The notes under the pieces were generated by a model, which was not told where the DNA came from, ran no database searches, and saw only the letters and a program-made list of their open reading frames with translations. Source: Azolla caroliniana (lineage: Eukaryota > Plantae > Polypodiophyta). From it: 64,000 nucleotides of DNA. The number at the start of each line of letters is the position of its first letter. Position 1 is the first letter of the stretch. Position numbers and translations under genes: made by a program. This document shows, piece by piece, positions 40,159-53,178 of the stretch. The stretch is taken from contig JBHGNT010000004.1 of NCBI GenBank assembly GCA_043228905.1, forward strand, positions 22,816,001-22,880,000. The letters are read 5' to 3'.

Positions 40159-40818
40159 ACACGGACCAAATAAATAAATTGCTTTCTAATTTCCCGGTGA
40201 GGATGACGACATCACGCGCCGGGATGACGTCATAGGGGAGGGACCCAACCAGATGACGTCATTTGAGTACATTTTCCAGTTTTTTCTTAAATGTAATAAA
40301 AATTGAAGAAAATAAAAATATCCCCGTTTTTCGTTATTTAGTATCACGTTATGTTTATTATTTATTTTATTTTTTGAATATATTAAGTGTGCGTTCACAC
40401 TTGGACGGACATGAATACATATTTGAATTCCTTTTTAGTATTTAATTAATATATAAATATGATAACAAATATTTAACTTTTTTTTCGCATTGATTTGTTC
40501 GCGCGTATGTCCTGAAATGTTTTATTTATTTATTTGTTTGTTTGTTTGTTTGTCCGGACGCCAACATCCCCGCTAGTGTGAAAACGATATGTGTGATATA
40601 TATCCTTCAATTTTCAATAAACGGAACATTTTATATTTATTTATTTTGTTGGGCCGCGCCTTTGCTTCATGGGTATAAAATTGTGGTTTAAAAGATTTTC
40701 TTCTATTTTTCCAAGTTAAATGAACGAATGAATGTAAAACAAAAGGAAAAGGGGGGGGGCTGCATGCATGCACATGGTTGTTGTGTCTTTTGTGCAGCTT
40801 TTTTGCCACCTCTCTAAC

Positions 40819-41205
40819 CATAGTTGTTAAAAAAAAAATACGTATTCTATATTTAGAATACGTTTTAGAAGAAGTACATAATACATATATTCTACGTTTT
40901 AGAAATTTGCCGTTTTTCGAATTTCCACGTATTCTTAAAACATTTGACGTATTCTACGTATTTATCATTTCAAAAAAGTTTTGAAATTTTTTAAATGATT
41001 TTTCTTTGAGAAAAAAGCTTTAAATTGTAAGAAGTACATATTTAATGCATTTTAAGTACATATTCTACACATATTCTAAATATTTAATGTATTTTATTTG
41101 TAAAATACGTATTCTAAGTATTTTAAAAAGAAGAAGTTGTAATGCTTGTAGAATACTTAGCATACGTTTCTACACATAATGTAGGCTAAGTATTCTAAAA
41201 CAATG
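40819..41205. mobile_element. Possible AT-rich MITE with repeated TACGTATTCTA-like motifs
   Basis: Imperfect ends CATAGTTGTT..AAAACAATG; many internal ACGTATTCTA/TAGAATAC repeats in both orientations; TSD only weakly suggested. Confidence 0.35.
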
Positions 41206-41561
41206 CCCTCACCAAACCCAACTCCTTATGTCTTCCTTCTCTTCTCTTTCTAGTCACACATCGTCGGTCGATCGGTCGCCACAACTCTCATTACTCCAAA
41301 TGCCTCATCACACATGCCTTCGGGACATAAAGAAAGAAAGCCCTTGAGTATATGTCTTCCATTGACAAAATTTATTTTTGCACTGGACAAAACCCAATGA
41401 CTCGTATCTAATTCACTTGTTTGTTTATTTCCGTGACCATCGTACATAGATTTGGTACTTTAATTAGGAGTTTAGTGAATTCTATGCTACTATATGCATT
41501 AGAGATTTCAAAAGTACACTTGATTATTTTCAGAATGACATACGTATATGCATAATACATA

Positions 41562-42129
41562 TAGCGATGGGCACGGTTTGGTTTGGTTTGGTTTGAAGGC
41601 AAAGAAACCAAACCAAACCAAACCCGAACCGTTTACATAAAACTAAAACCAAACCAAACTGTTTATGACCTTTCAAGGCATTTTAACCAAACCATTTTAG
41701 AAAAAGTAAACCAAACAATTTAAACCCAAACCGTTTAGGGAAAAGCAGAAACCAAACCGAACCATTTAATAAAAAATTTAAACTTAACCATTTAAATCAA
41801 ACTAATTAAAAATCTAAATAAACAAAAACACATTAAATTAAATAAACATTTAAGTTATATTTATTAAATCAATAAGAAACTATTAATTAAACCATTAAAT
41901 TAAAAAACTATTAATGTAAAAAAACTGTTAACCAAAAAATCCTTTAAACCAAACCATTTAAACCTATAAACCCATAAACCCGAGTTTTAGAATCAAACCA
42001 AACCGAAACTGAACTGTTCATTGAAAATCTAAACCAAACCAAATCATTAAATTTTTTTTGAACCAATAAACCGTTAAACCACGGCTTAACGGTTCGGTTC
42101 GATTTGAGCGGAAACCGTGCCCATTGCTA
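41562..42129. mobile_element. Non-autonomous hAT element (MITE, 568 bp)
   Basis: TIRs TAGCGATGGGCACGGTTT / AAACCGTGCCCATTGCTA (17/18); 8-bp TSD AATACATA / CATACATA (7/8); subterminal AAACC(A/G) arrays. Confidence 0.88.
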
Positions 42130-45100
42130 CATACATATATACAAATTTACAATCATACACATTGATGAAAGTCGGACCTCTAACCATATCAAAATCAAGA
42201 TAAAGCACATGGCATTACAAAATATCGTAAGCGACATATGGCACAAGCCCACTTTATAGAGGCATAGTTCACAAATAAAGCTTTTGAATTCGACCCTTTA
42301 TGATATGCTCACTTTCCACCATAAAGAAATTTGTAACCAAATATTGTAAAATAAACTCCATAACTTTCTATACATTGTTTGCAGTCTTAATCTTCAATTT
42401 GCCCGTGATTTAGGAGATTCAAACTTGAAGGAGTATATACATGTCGTTTGAAATATCTAATACATGTACAAAACAATGTTTTTGTATTTTTCTCGCCTAA
42501 TTTAGATTTTTATATCTACCTTGAGATTCAAGATTTAGAGGGGATTTTTGAACCATGCTAGTGTGAATTACATTAGTTTCATGCATTGATCCCAAATGAC
42601 TAATGACTAATTGAGGGCAATTATTGCTAGAAAAAATGGTTGAAGGAATGAAACCCACTAGCATATGACATGCATTTTTGTTGTTATGATATTCATAAAG
42701 TTTTGGCATTCGTCCAAACTAGTTGAAGTATGAGAAAGAAATCTAATAAACTAATTGACCAACTTGTGAACTTGGGCTAACACTGACAACCTAATGATGT
42801 AGGAAAAATGTCCAATAAGTGCAAAAAGATGGGAATTTGTTACACAAATGATGACCAACAAGTACGCGATCAGATGACATAGCCAACAATGGTGATTGAT
42901 GTCCCAACAAGATAGTGACATAGCTCGTTTTACGAAAGACAGTAAGCCTTTAGGAATGTACAATCCGACGTACAAGTTTAAATACTTTTGGATGATTCGC
43001 ACGTATGCCACAGTTGGAATGAACCTTGTGGACTCCAAGAAATTGGATCTCATTGGAAATGGGACATGTAATTGGATTTCAGAACATGGACAGTTCAAAG
43101 CCATTTCCTAAGAGGAGATGAAAACTAGTAAAATGGCTCCAAATCCATACCAACATGATAGCCCATTGATGTTGATGGGAAACCGATTATAAATACCAAT
43201 ACATTGTCGTTTTTCATCGACCAAAGAATTATGGCATAGAAAAAATCTTTACAAAATTCTTACAAACGAAAACGTTGCATCACAAGTGACCTAGACTTTA
43301 CCTCGAGGCCAACCTTAAGATAGTGATAGACAACGAAAAACTTCATCTTTCAAAGGTCATTGTTACCTAAGGCACGCTTGCATGACATATTACTTTCAAA
43401 GGTTATCATCACACGAGGCCTTCTTGGCCGTGTTCAATTTAATTTCTTTCATGACACTAATAATGCCATGGTTCAATAGATTTCGCAGTAAGTGTTAGAC
43501 ATTTCTATTTTCCTTGTCATTTAATGGTTTGTACATTTCCCTTTGTGTCTCTCTCTTACTAGAGGAATTCTCATCTTCCTTATGTCTTGTTGTATCAGTA
43601 TGCATGTAATGATTTCACCCATTTAGTGATTGGTAGATTTCTATGTCCATGTCTCTTTCTCGCTTAGAGGAATTTCCATTCAATATTTTGTATACCTCTC
43701 TCTTACGATTCCTTGTGGCAAACATGTGGAAGTCATGTGAAACTTTCTTCACCTTGGTGTTGCGTACCATTAATATTGCATGGAGAACTAAAAGAATTAA
43801 ACACTCTATCAAGCAGTATCGTTTGATCAACTTTCCCCAAATTGATGTGTTGTATCATTGCGTAAAGTTAGGATGATTGTTGAGAATTGTTTGTGAATCA
43901 AGTGTGCTAAATTCTATACTATTGAACATGATGAATGAAGATTCGATAAAGGAATGAGCACAATGAATGTTACATTTGATGAGCTATTATGTCTCAAATA
44001 CATGCATATATTGAGAGACAAATAATAGAAAATGTATCAAATTCATGCATACATCATGTTTTCAACTCAGAATGTAGATATGTTAGAATCCATCTTATTA
44101 TAATCTAATAAATATCAATTAAATAGAAGTACAAATACTCGCAAAAATCACATCACAAATGTTCCCCCTTTTTTTCTATAAAGTGGCACATTTTGGTGTG
44201 AAGTTTACATATTTTTTCAATATTATTTATGAATCTAATCATTTAAAACAATATTCTCGTGAAGAGTGCACATTTTTTCATTATGATTTGAATCTACCAT
44301 TATGAAGAACAAAACATTGTGTGTGCATTTTTTGCATGGTAATACAAGCTTGACGCTACATCGATATATATATGATCATGCATTGGCCAACTTCAAAGGA
44401 TCATAGAATACAAATGCCTAGTCATTGATCTAGTGCAAATTAAACTAATGTGAGTGGTATCTATTATGAAGAATTAATGTGAAAACCCAAATTCGATAGG
44501 CTGCCCAATGAGGTGATGATCTCAAATACAATAGTTGATTGCAACAATAGCGAATATTCAAAATATATTGGAACAAATGTGAAATTCTCTCATATGGGGA
44601 TTCATTGTATTTGAGACATTGGTGTCACATGCAAAGTTGTAAGGGAAATAGGAGATATCAAAGCCATGTGGGTCATGTGCCAAGTTCGATGAAGATATAC
44701 CCAAGACAATTCCAAAACTCACGTCAAAATATAACTTGAAAAAGGATACGTGTCATGAAAACAACAAAAGAATGTGCTTCATCATATGTGGGCTTTTGTA
44801 TCGACTGGTAGCCACGATAGCCTCCATTCCAACCTTAGATGATGTGACATCATTTTCTAAGTCACATACACCTTACATGTTTTCTACAAGAATATTTACA
44901 AAGTACAAGGCTTGTAAGATTGGGGAATTGAGCCCAAAGGGAACGTAAAGCAATAACTGTCAAGAAACTAAGTATTGTTCAATATTGACTTAGATACTTT
45001 GCAATGGCATATAGATATTTATGTAGGAAGGGACGTATTACTCCTTGTTCATATAAAAATAAGTTCTTGTGACAAAATTGCCATATATGTATGTGTGTGG

Positions 45101-45679
45101 TGTGTATGGCAATACCAGAAACCTTGAGCCTTATGGCAGTAATCCATTGCCATTTTACATTTGCCCATCCATTCTTTGCATTCCAAAGTTATAGAAAGAA
45201 TCAATAAGTGTGGACTATTAGGCATTGTCTAGTGTTAGCAATGCCACCATGGTGCACTTGGCATCCATTCTCCTAATGCTTAATTTTAGCCTTATTATAT
45301 ATTAGTTTCTCTTTTTGTCCACCCTTTATGTAGCCTCACCAAGGGGAAGCAATAGGATTCCATCATATTGTCTAAAAAAAGAGAGCACATCATCACAACC
45401 TTGATATATCTAGGTCATTTTGAGTTGGTTGAAATCAAGTTTAACCCCCGCTAGCAACCACCCTAATCGTGAACCTATTACTCATTAAAATTGTAGCAAC
45501 AATTTTCTTTGTGTAAATTAGATACTTTCATCCATTTACTTCTATTTCATAACTTGTCATTTCAATAATTTGTTTCATTTGCTATACTTTCATCCCATTT
45601 TGGTCAATTCCCTTTCCTTACAAATATTTCTTTCCATACACAAACCAATATGTTTCACTCCCATCACTGTCATAGACAC

Positions 45680-45754
45680 GATGGAATGTAGGGGGTTGAA
45701 CCCATGACCTCTTGGTCTTATTGGGCAACCTTACCAATTGAGCTACATTCCATC
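45680..45754 (-). other. tRNA-like sequence (Pol III A and B boxes; not a functional tRNA) inside the LTR
   Basis: Minus strand TGGAATG-TAGCTCAATTGGTAAGG..AGGTCATGGGTTCAACCCCCTA-CATTCCA; acceptor-like stem extends to a 12-bp perfect inverted repeat; anticodon arm degenerate. Confidence 0.75.
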
Positions 45755-45786
45755 TATGCATTATTGTATTGTATAAGTTTCAACTT

Positions 45787-45857
45787 ATTACATTGTAAGT
45801 TTTTTTTTTTTTTTTTTTTTATTTTTAAGAAGATATCCTGTCATTACATTGTAAGTT
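45787..45857 (-). mobile_element. Micro-retroposition insert (41 bp, mostly poly(A)) flanked by a 15-bp TSD
   Basis: ATTACATTGTAAGTT at 45787-45801 and 45843-45857 flanks a T-run plus ATTTTTAAGAAGATATCCTGTC. Confidence 0.75.
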
Positions 45858-46054
45858 AATCACTAGAACTTTCAAGAAACTTCTAGAGAATGCATAAACA
45901 TGCACTCTCTAGAAGTTTCCATGCATTCTCTAGAAGTTTCCTTGCTTACATGCATACCACCACATTCTTGTATAAATACTTCGGTGCACCTTGATTACAA
46001 TCAAGGTGAACAACACTAGTTACGGAAGCATAATTTAGTTCTCGCTCTTTTGTC

Positions 46055-46091
<37 letters not shown>

Positions 46092-46419
46092 TCTTGTCTA
46101 TGCTCCTCTCTATCTATATATCTATCTTTCTCTCTTTCTTAATATTGAGCTTGCCTACTTGTCCTTGCCCTCTTCTACGTCTGTGACAATCACCCATTGA
46201 TATTGGAAAATCATAACAATTCCTAGCAATCTTGTTCCTATTCCCATCCTTGAGATGATAGTTTCCCCTCCTGTGACACATGTGAAAGTGTAAGATAAAT
46301 AGGTGAGGTTTCTAATGTAGGATAGGATAGTCTAGGCAAGGCCTACCCGAGAAAGGGATCGAGTTTGTGTATATTTTAACTAATGGAGTATATTTTTTTT
46401 TGGAAAAAGAAAAAGAAAA

Positions 46420-47470
46420 ATGAAGATATCCACAACTCCCCTCTAATGTTCTAAATTCTAACCATCGACTTAAATAAATACTTTGGTGTTGAGTAAAACC
46501 ACTTCACCTTATCAAAAAGTTATCTATAAAATATACCTATGTCCTAGATGGCATTAAACTCCAAATGCTTAAGCTCTGCGTGGTGCGTATTACCTTTTAT
46601 ACTATCCAACAACCCTATGAGATTATGCACAATCTCTATCCAAATTCCAAAAATTATTTGGGCAGGTCTTTCAATCACATTTTGAAATACCTTCAAACAT
46701 CGAGCCTTCCAAATATACCAAATTGTAATACTACTTACCAATTGACATATTTGAGGTTTATTAGTTTGTATTTGTGGATTCAAACCATGTCTCATCACAA
46801 TAGGATATGAAACCTCCTCTTGTTCATATACCATAGGTTTATCATGATTTGTTTCCATATGTCCATAGCAAAACCACAACTCCACAAACAATGTTTAGCA
46901 GTCTCTATTAAATCCGTATAGAAAGGGCACATCTTGTCTACATTTCCTTTTTGCCACCCATTAACTGGTATAGCTTTATGAACCAACAACCATCGAAAAC
47001 AAACAATTTTCCTACTCATCTTTATACCCCATATCCATTTCTAAAATTGTATGAGATGTTGTGGAGAAACTCCATTTCGTCTCCAAACAACATTTGCAGT
47101 TGGTTCTTTCCATGATCTAGCACCTAATATTTTCCTACCAATCTTCACAGAATATTGAAAGAAAGGCACGTATTTGGTGTGATCTTGCACCCACACCTTC
47201 CGATACAGTTCTCCAGGAAAGAGGATAGGTTTTTGATTGCATAACTCGAATAATTAAATGAAGATTCAAGGAACTATTAAATGTTGTGATTTCTAGTAAG
47301 CTTTGAAAGAAGATGATGCATCCATTTACAAATATTTTAAAAATTGATTTGGAGGTAAGGATAAAAAATGGATAACTTTATCGTTCAACCTGTAGGAAAT
47401 AAAATAGATTCACATGTCACTTGGTGGTTGAAATGGTCCAACATTATATTTTTGGTAGTTAACACACAAG
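46420..47470 (-). mobile_element. L1 LINE 3' fragment (zf-RVT region)
   Basis: RKIVCFRWLLVHKAIPVN..ETAKHCLWSC..IWKQ and SITIWYIWKARCLKVFQN; boundaries approximate. Confidence 0.8.
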
Positions 47471-47509
47471 CAAACAAATAAAAAGAGGATTATATGTTTG
47501 ATGAGAGCT

Positions 47510-50270
47510 CATGTCAATGGGAAAGAGTGAGAAAAAGAAGTTACTAGACAACCTCTTCTCATTCTGGGAAGTAGTAGCCCTTGCCACGTGTACCAACAAC
47601 AAGATAGCGGTGGTGCTACTAGATTTTGAGAAAGCATATGACAGGGTATGCTGGAACTTTCTAGAAAGTGTGATGGGGAAACTCGACTTTCAAGAGACAT
47701 GGATCAAAGGCTTTGCAGGACTTTATAGGAATGACAACAATTGCGTTTCATTGGCAGGTGAAAGGGGCCCCTTTTTCTGAATATCCCTTTCTGTACGATA
47801 GGGATGCCCACTAGCCCCATCCTTATTTCTATTATACGCCGAAACACTCTCTTGCTTTCTCAACTCGCGATATCTCAACCTATGTGGTCTTCTCGTACCT
47901 CATTCTCACCAAAGCATCCTGGATATAGAATTTGCAGATGACGCAACGGTCTACCTGCAAGGGGACTTGGCAAACCTCCAAAAGCTAGAAAGTGGGTTAG
48001 CCGTATTTTGCAAGAGTTCCAATGCCATGATTAATTGGCACAAATCTTGTGCAATATGGCTTTCTCATGAAACACATCTTGTGTGGCACCCACATCCCGC
48101 TTTCAAATGGATCAATCAAGGAGTGAACACCAAATATTTGGGTTTCCAAATTGGTTTCAACATACCATCGGAGACTATGATTGCACCCGTTATCCATTCC
48201 ATTCGACAAAAGTTGATACATTGGAGTTCGAAAAAACTGTCGCTAATGGGTCGCATCATAGTGGCAAACCAGGTACTACTTGCAACAGGATGGTACAGTC
48301 TATCATGTTGGACAATCTCCAAGGAAAGTATACATCAGATTCAATGACTGGTACGCAACTACATTTGGTATGGTAAGGAAGATCATGTAAGTCGCGCCAA
48401 GGTGGTGTGGCCTATACTCACAACACCTAAGTCGAGAGGGGGATTGGGTCTTATTTATCCCCTTTCACAATCAAAAGCCTTACTTGCCAAATTTGTTGTG
48501 AGAGGACTCCAACCAGGAAATGACTGTTGGAAAATGCTATTGCGGTTACGTTTCACTTACTTTAGGCCACGAAAAGGGGTCAATTGGGCCCCCCAAATGG
48601 GATGGATTAAACATGGATCTCAAACCTAGTTTCTCCCGCCAATTGGAGGATAGATTAAGTGCATCCATGTGGAAGGCATGGTGTGAAATTAGACGAGGGC
48701 TCAAGTGCGATCAACCGAGATCCGAACCTACCTGGCTCAATCAACGTATCCTATGGAACCCATGTATCAAGGATGAATCTAATCAACTACTAGAATCACG
48801 TAAGGGGTTGTCTTGGGGATACATTGTAGAAGGTCTAGGAAAAAGTATAGAATGTTGGAGACAGTTTATGTCATTGCCACTACAAGATCAAGCCAACATA
48901 CTCCATGGAATCAGGGGTGGATGGACTATGAGATCGGAAATCATTAACGCTCTACTGATTAGGGAAGCTGCTACTCAAAGGACGACAATGGAGAAATGGA
49001 TAGGCTACGAGGAGGAGGGATCTTTGATCCCGAGAGGTAGGGGAACACCAGACAAGATCGAAGGCTTTGAATTGCGAGACACTTAGACACCAACACAGAA
49101 TAACGCAATTCGAGTACTCGCGTATATTGGTCATAAATGGATTGTAGATCCTGATCCGATCAAAGTACAACCCGATTGGCACATATGTACTCATGAAAAC
49201 ACATGGCTACGTAAGGTCAATTGGGACCCTTTGCAATGGACATGGCGTGATCCTTACGCGGGGCAAGGAAGCAAACCCATCCCTTTCTTCTAATTCACAA
49301 CTAGATTGGCTCGCCACATTCTAGTTGCTCAAACCGCCAGAGAGCTGACTGTTGCAAAGGTTTGGCACACATTTCGAGTTCCTCACACAATTATCACCAA
49401 GTTTTGGCAAAAAATCTGGAAACAACAACACACGAGGCAAATTACCACATTCCAATGGCTATTAATACATAAGTCACTACCGGTGGGAGCATGGTAACGT
49501 GGGAACGTTAGCTCTCCTAATTGTGCAGAGTGCCCAAATGCAGTAGAATCAATACGACATGCTCTGTGGGACTGCCCAACGTCCCATCGAATATGGTGGG
49601 GGGTTGGACGCTTGTTGCAATTATGCCAGGTGCAAGGCTCAATCAAGTGGGGAAATATATGTTGGCTAGCATGGCAGACCTCAATTGGCAGATATGAGCA
49701 TCAGGAGGAGGGGATGACTTTGGTGATAAACGCACAAGACTCTGAGGTTTTTTTCTCCACCAGTGGCAATGTCCACTCAACTCCTCTTAATGACAAATGT
49801 CAAGTTGTGTTGGAATTGGTCAGCTCAATAACTCTTTGGATTCTATGGAAACAATGGTGTAGACGGGTTTTCTCCAACCAAACTGCGCATCCAACAAGGT
49901 TACTGCAAGAGATATGGAGTGAAATTGTAGCCACTCTAAAGAGCCAATATGATGGCCTCAAGGGTGGGTCCGATGGAGTCGAAAGACAACGAATAACCTT
50001 CATCCAACAATGGTCGTCCTCTCCCTTTCTTGAGTCAGTGGGCATCCACATAAGATGGAAGTATCGCGTCCCTCAGGGATTTGTACATAATAGTCTCATT
50101 TGTAAAATTTTATAACTAATGGAAGGAGTTTTTTTTTGAAAAAGAAAAAAGAAAAAAGAAAAAAGAAAAAAGAAAAAAGAAAAAAGAAAAAAGAAAAAAG
50201 AAAAAAGAAAAAAGAAAAAAGAAAAAAGAAAAAAGAAAAAAGAAAAAAGAAAAAAAGAAAAAGAAAAAGA
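47510..50270 (+). mobile_element. 5'-truncated L1 LINE (RT to zf-RVT) with an (AAAAAAG)n tail
   Basis: LLDFEKAYDRVCW, VR*GCPLAP, EFADDA, INWHKS, KYLGFQIG, PKSRGGLGL, FQWLLIHKSLP, ESIRHALWDCP, TLWILWKQ; A6G repeats at about 50138-50270. Confidence 0.92.
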
Positions 50271-51466
50271 AGTTATATGATTATAAATTAATTTAGGAAC
50301 GTTTGTAAACTATTTCACTATATTTAAACAATTTGTATATCCTAAACGAATCACCCCAAGTAGGATTAGATACATGTTCCTATTAAAATTGTCTCTCCTC
50401 AGTTGTTACTTCTTCATGATGAGCATGTCAATGTCGATGCGAAAACTTCCCAACTTCAACTTGTTGTGATGGATTCCTGAAACTTCTCTTGAATCAAAAG
50501 AAAAGAGTATTCCCCCTCTTGGTTTTACAATTCTCTCAAAACTTTCTCTCTTGTTTGCTTTATTTTTTCTTCTCAATACAAACAAAAAATGTTGTTCCTA
50601 TATAACAATGAGGATATTATTGCAAGCTAAGCTCTTTAAGGTGGTGTATTCCTAGGTGACATAAAGGCATTAACTCCTTTGAGGACAAGGTGCTTACAGA
50701 ATTGAGTTGTGAGAACAACCAAATCAATTTTCCTTTTAGCTTATATACTCACATTCCTAGTTCTCCATGAAGACAATTAAACAAGAACCCAATTTTCATA
50801 TTCCAAATTTACCATAGACTTCAATATATAATATAGTCAAAACATTAACTTATAGGACGAGGAGGGTGAAACTTTGGCTCCCTAGATGAAACCCCATTGA
50901 AAAGGATGATAAATTTATCCTAGTTAATGGTGCCTAAATTTGCGACATAACAACCAACTGGTTTTAGAAACAAGACATGTAAGGAACCTTTGCATGTCAT
51001 GTAAGGGACATGTTTTTAGTACAATGATTGAGGTGGTCTTTCTCTCCCATAGTTCTTATTATATCCAAAATTGTTTTTAATTGTCATTCCTTTTTATGAG
51101 ATAAGTAATCAGATGCCTTTTTGAAGTGTTTTTGGTTTCACATATTCATTTTTTTCCTATTTTTTTTGTTCGTCTCCTTCTAAGCTCTTACGAGATGTCA
51201 ATTTTTACTCCAGAAGCTCAATTTCTCACCTATAAGGTGGTTGTGGTCGATGAGATAGTATCCACGTGGTTGATGACATGACAATGTACAAAATATATGC
51301 ACTTCCTTTTATTGAGGAAATGAATCCTGTAAAAAATTTCGTGGTAAAATTTTGAACTATTTACTTGTTATATACAAGAACAATTTTGGTGACAGCGAGA
51401 AACTTTATACATCTCAAGATGAGTTGGTACAATTAGCCATTTAAAAGCTTGACATTGAGTGTTCAT

Positions 51467-52004
51467 TCTAATTAGTGCACAATTCGATACATGTAGAGGA
51501 ATTGAGCATTTCTATTGAACTAATAGATCTTCTTTTGTCTTTCATGAATATAAAAGTCTATAGATTTTTTGAACACACATAGACAAAAACCCACATATAT
51601 CCTTATTAATGAGATCTTAAGAAATTTGAAATTTGCTTTGGCAAGTAAGCAATACTTCTTCCATAATTAAGAATTTGTTCTTTCTCAAATTTCTTTTAAG
51701 TTTCATTGTGAAAAATCACGACTTGTCTTGAGTATGATGTCTAATTAATGCACAATTCGATACATGCTAGAGGAATTGAGCATTTCCATTGGACTAATAG
51801 AACTTCCTTTGTTTTTCATGAATATCAAAGTCTATAGATTTTTTGAACACGCATAGACAAAAACCCACATCTATCATTATGAATGAGATCTTAAGAAACT
51901 TGAAATTTGCTTTGGCAAGTAAGGAATACTTCTTCCATAACTAAGAATTTGATCTTTCTCAAGTTTCATTGTGAAAAATCATGACTTGTCTTGAGTATGA
52001 TGTC
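51467..52004. repeat. Tandem duplication, 2 x about 273 bp
   Basis: TCTAATTA(G/A)TGCACAATTCGATACATG..GAGTATGATGT starts at 51467 and 51740. Confidence 0.9.
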
Positions 52005-52449
52005 TTGACATGTATAACAATGGTTCAGAGGGCAACATGTAAAGAATAACCTTTGCTTTATTCACAATTAGTAAGAGTTGATTGGTATTGGGGGTAGTTG
52101 GACTAAGAGGGCATCAAATTAATTAGCATTGTGGTCACCAAGCCCTAAACAAAATGGCTATATTGTTTAGGAATTATGTGTGTATAATTCCCTTTCTCAA
52201 GGATAACAAATGTGTAATCTTATTGTTCAAGGGATCATGCCTAGAAACCAAATATGTTATTGGAGCTTGGTTCATTTCAATTTTCTTTGCTAGCACTATA
52301 ACATTATCTATATGGGTGTTTGATTTTTTTTCACTGTTAATGTCGATTTCGTGATTGGGTATATGTTCTTGTAGGAGTATCTTCTATGTCTTGGTGATCA
52401 TGAACGCTTAACCACCAAGTTCATGACCTTGGACCAGGAAAATCAAAGA

Positions 52450-53100
52450 CTTTTCGGGGATTTATAGCAAATGAATGTTGAGAAGTCCCAACAACATGAT
52501 GAATTAACTCAAACGGTTCAGCAACTTGAAATGACATTAGTAACTATGCAAAAATAGGTGTTGCAAGTACCAAATTTGTCAAAAGAACCCAAGATAAGTC
52601 TCCCATCGAAGTTTGATGGTATTTGGTCAAATTTCGAGGATTTCTAAACCATGTACGTATTGTATTACAAATGCATCCCACTCGATATCGAATGGAACAA
52701 CACTAGCTTGGTTCGCACCATTACTTGAGAAAACGTGTCCCATTTTTAATAATTTTGATGAGTTTATTAAAGAGTTTCAAGCTTGTTTTGGAGATACAGA
52801 TAGTTTGAGAACTGCTATCAATAAGATTCGAAGGTTACGGCAAGGAGATCTCCTAGCCTCAGTCTATGCGACTAATTTCCAACATCCCTTGGGACGAAGA
52901 GGCATTGATGGATCAATTTCGACAAGGACTTCATAATGATGTGAAAGACCCGCGTCTCACTTTTCATGAAGATCCTAATCGCTTATTGAGGCAATTAGTT
53001 GAGTTGTACGATGTGACAATTGTCTATTCCAACGACATTTTGAGTGTCAACAATGGTCTCAACCTCGATCAGAGTAAACATATGCATTAGTGATAGCGTT
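52450..53100 (+). mobile_element. Degenerate Ty3/gypsy gag fragment (chromovirus/Tcn1-like)
   Basis: KEPKISLPSKFDG, LAWFAPLLE..NNFDEFIKEFQACFGD, IRRLRQG..ASVYATNF, IPWDEEALMDQFRQGL..DVKD; frameshifted. Confidence 0.75.
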
Positions 53101-53178
53101 ACCATCCTTTGGAACTATGCATGGCTTTACCCTTAACACAATAGGTGGCCTGCCACGATACAATTACATAAAATGCAT

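Larger units (their letters stand above)
45668..46188 (+). mobile_element. Solo LTR (521 bp) carrying an antisense tRNA-like cassette at its 5' end
   Basis: Termini TGTCATAGAC..GTCTGTGACA (9/10 inverted match); perfect 5-bp TSD ATCAC (45663-45667, 46189-46193); TATAAATA at 45971 followed by a CT-rich tract gives the orientation. Confidence 0.9.

Noticed and set aside
45680-45754. Functional tRNA gene
   Set aside because: The anticodon arm does not pair, the T stem is only partly paired, and it sits inside an LTR; reported as tRNA-like only
46420-50270. Single L1 with a twin-priming 5' inversion
   Set aside because: Both arms contain their own diverged zf-RVT 3' region, so they are separate insertions
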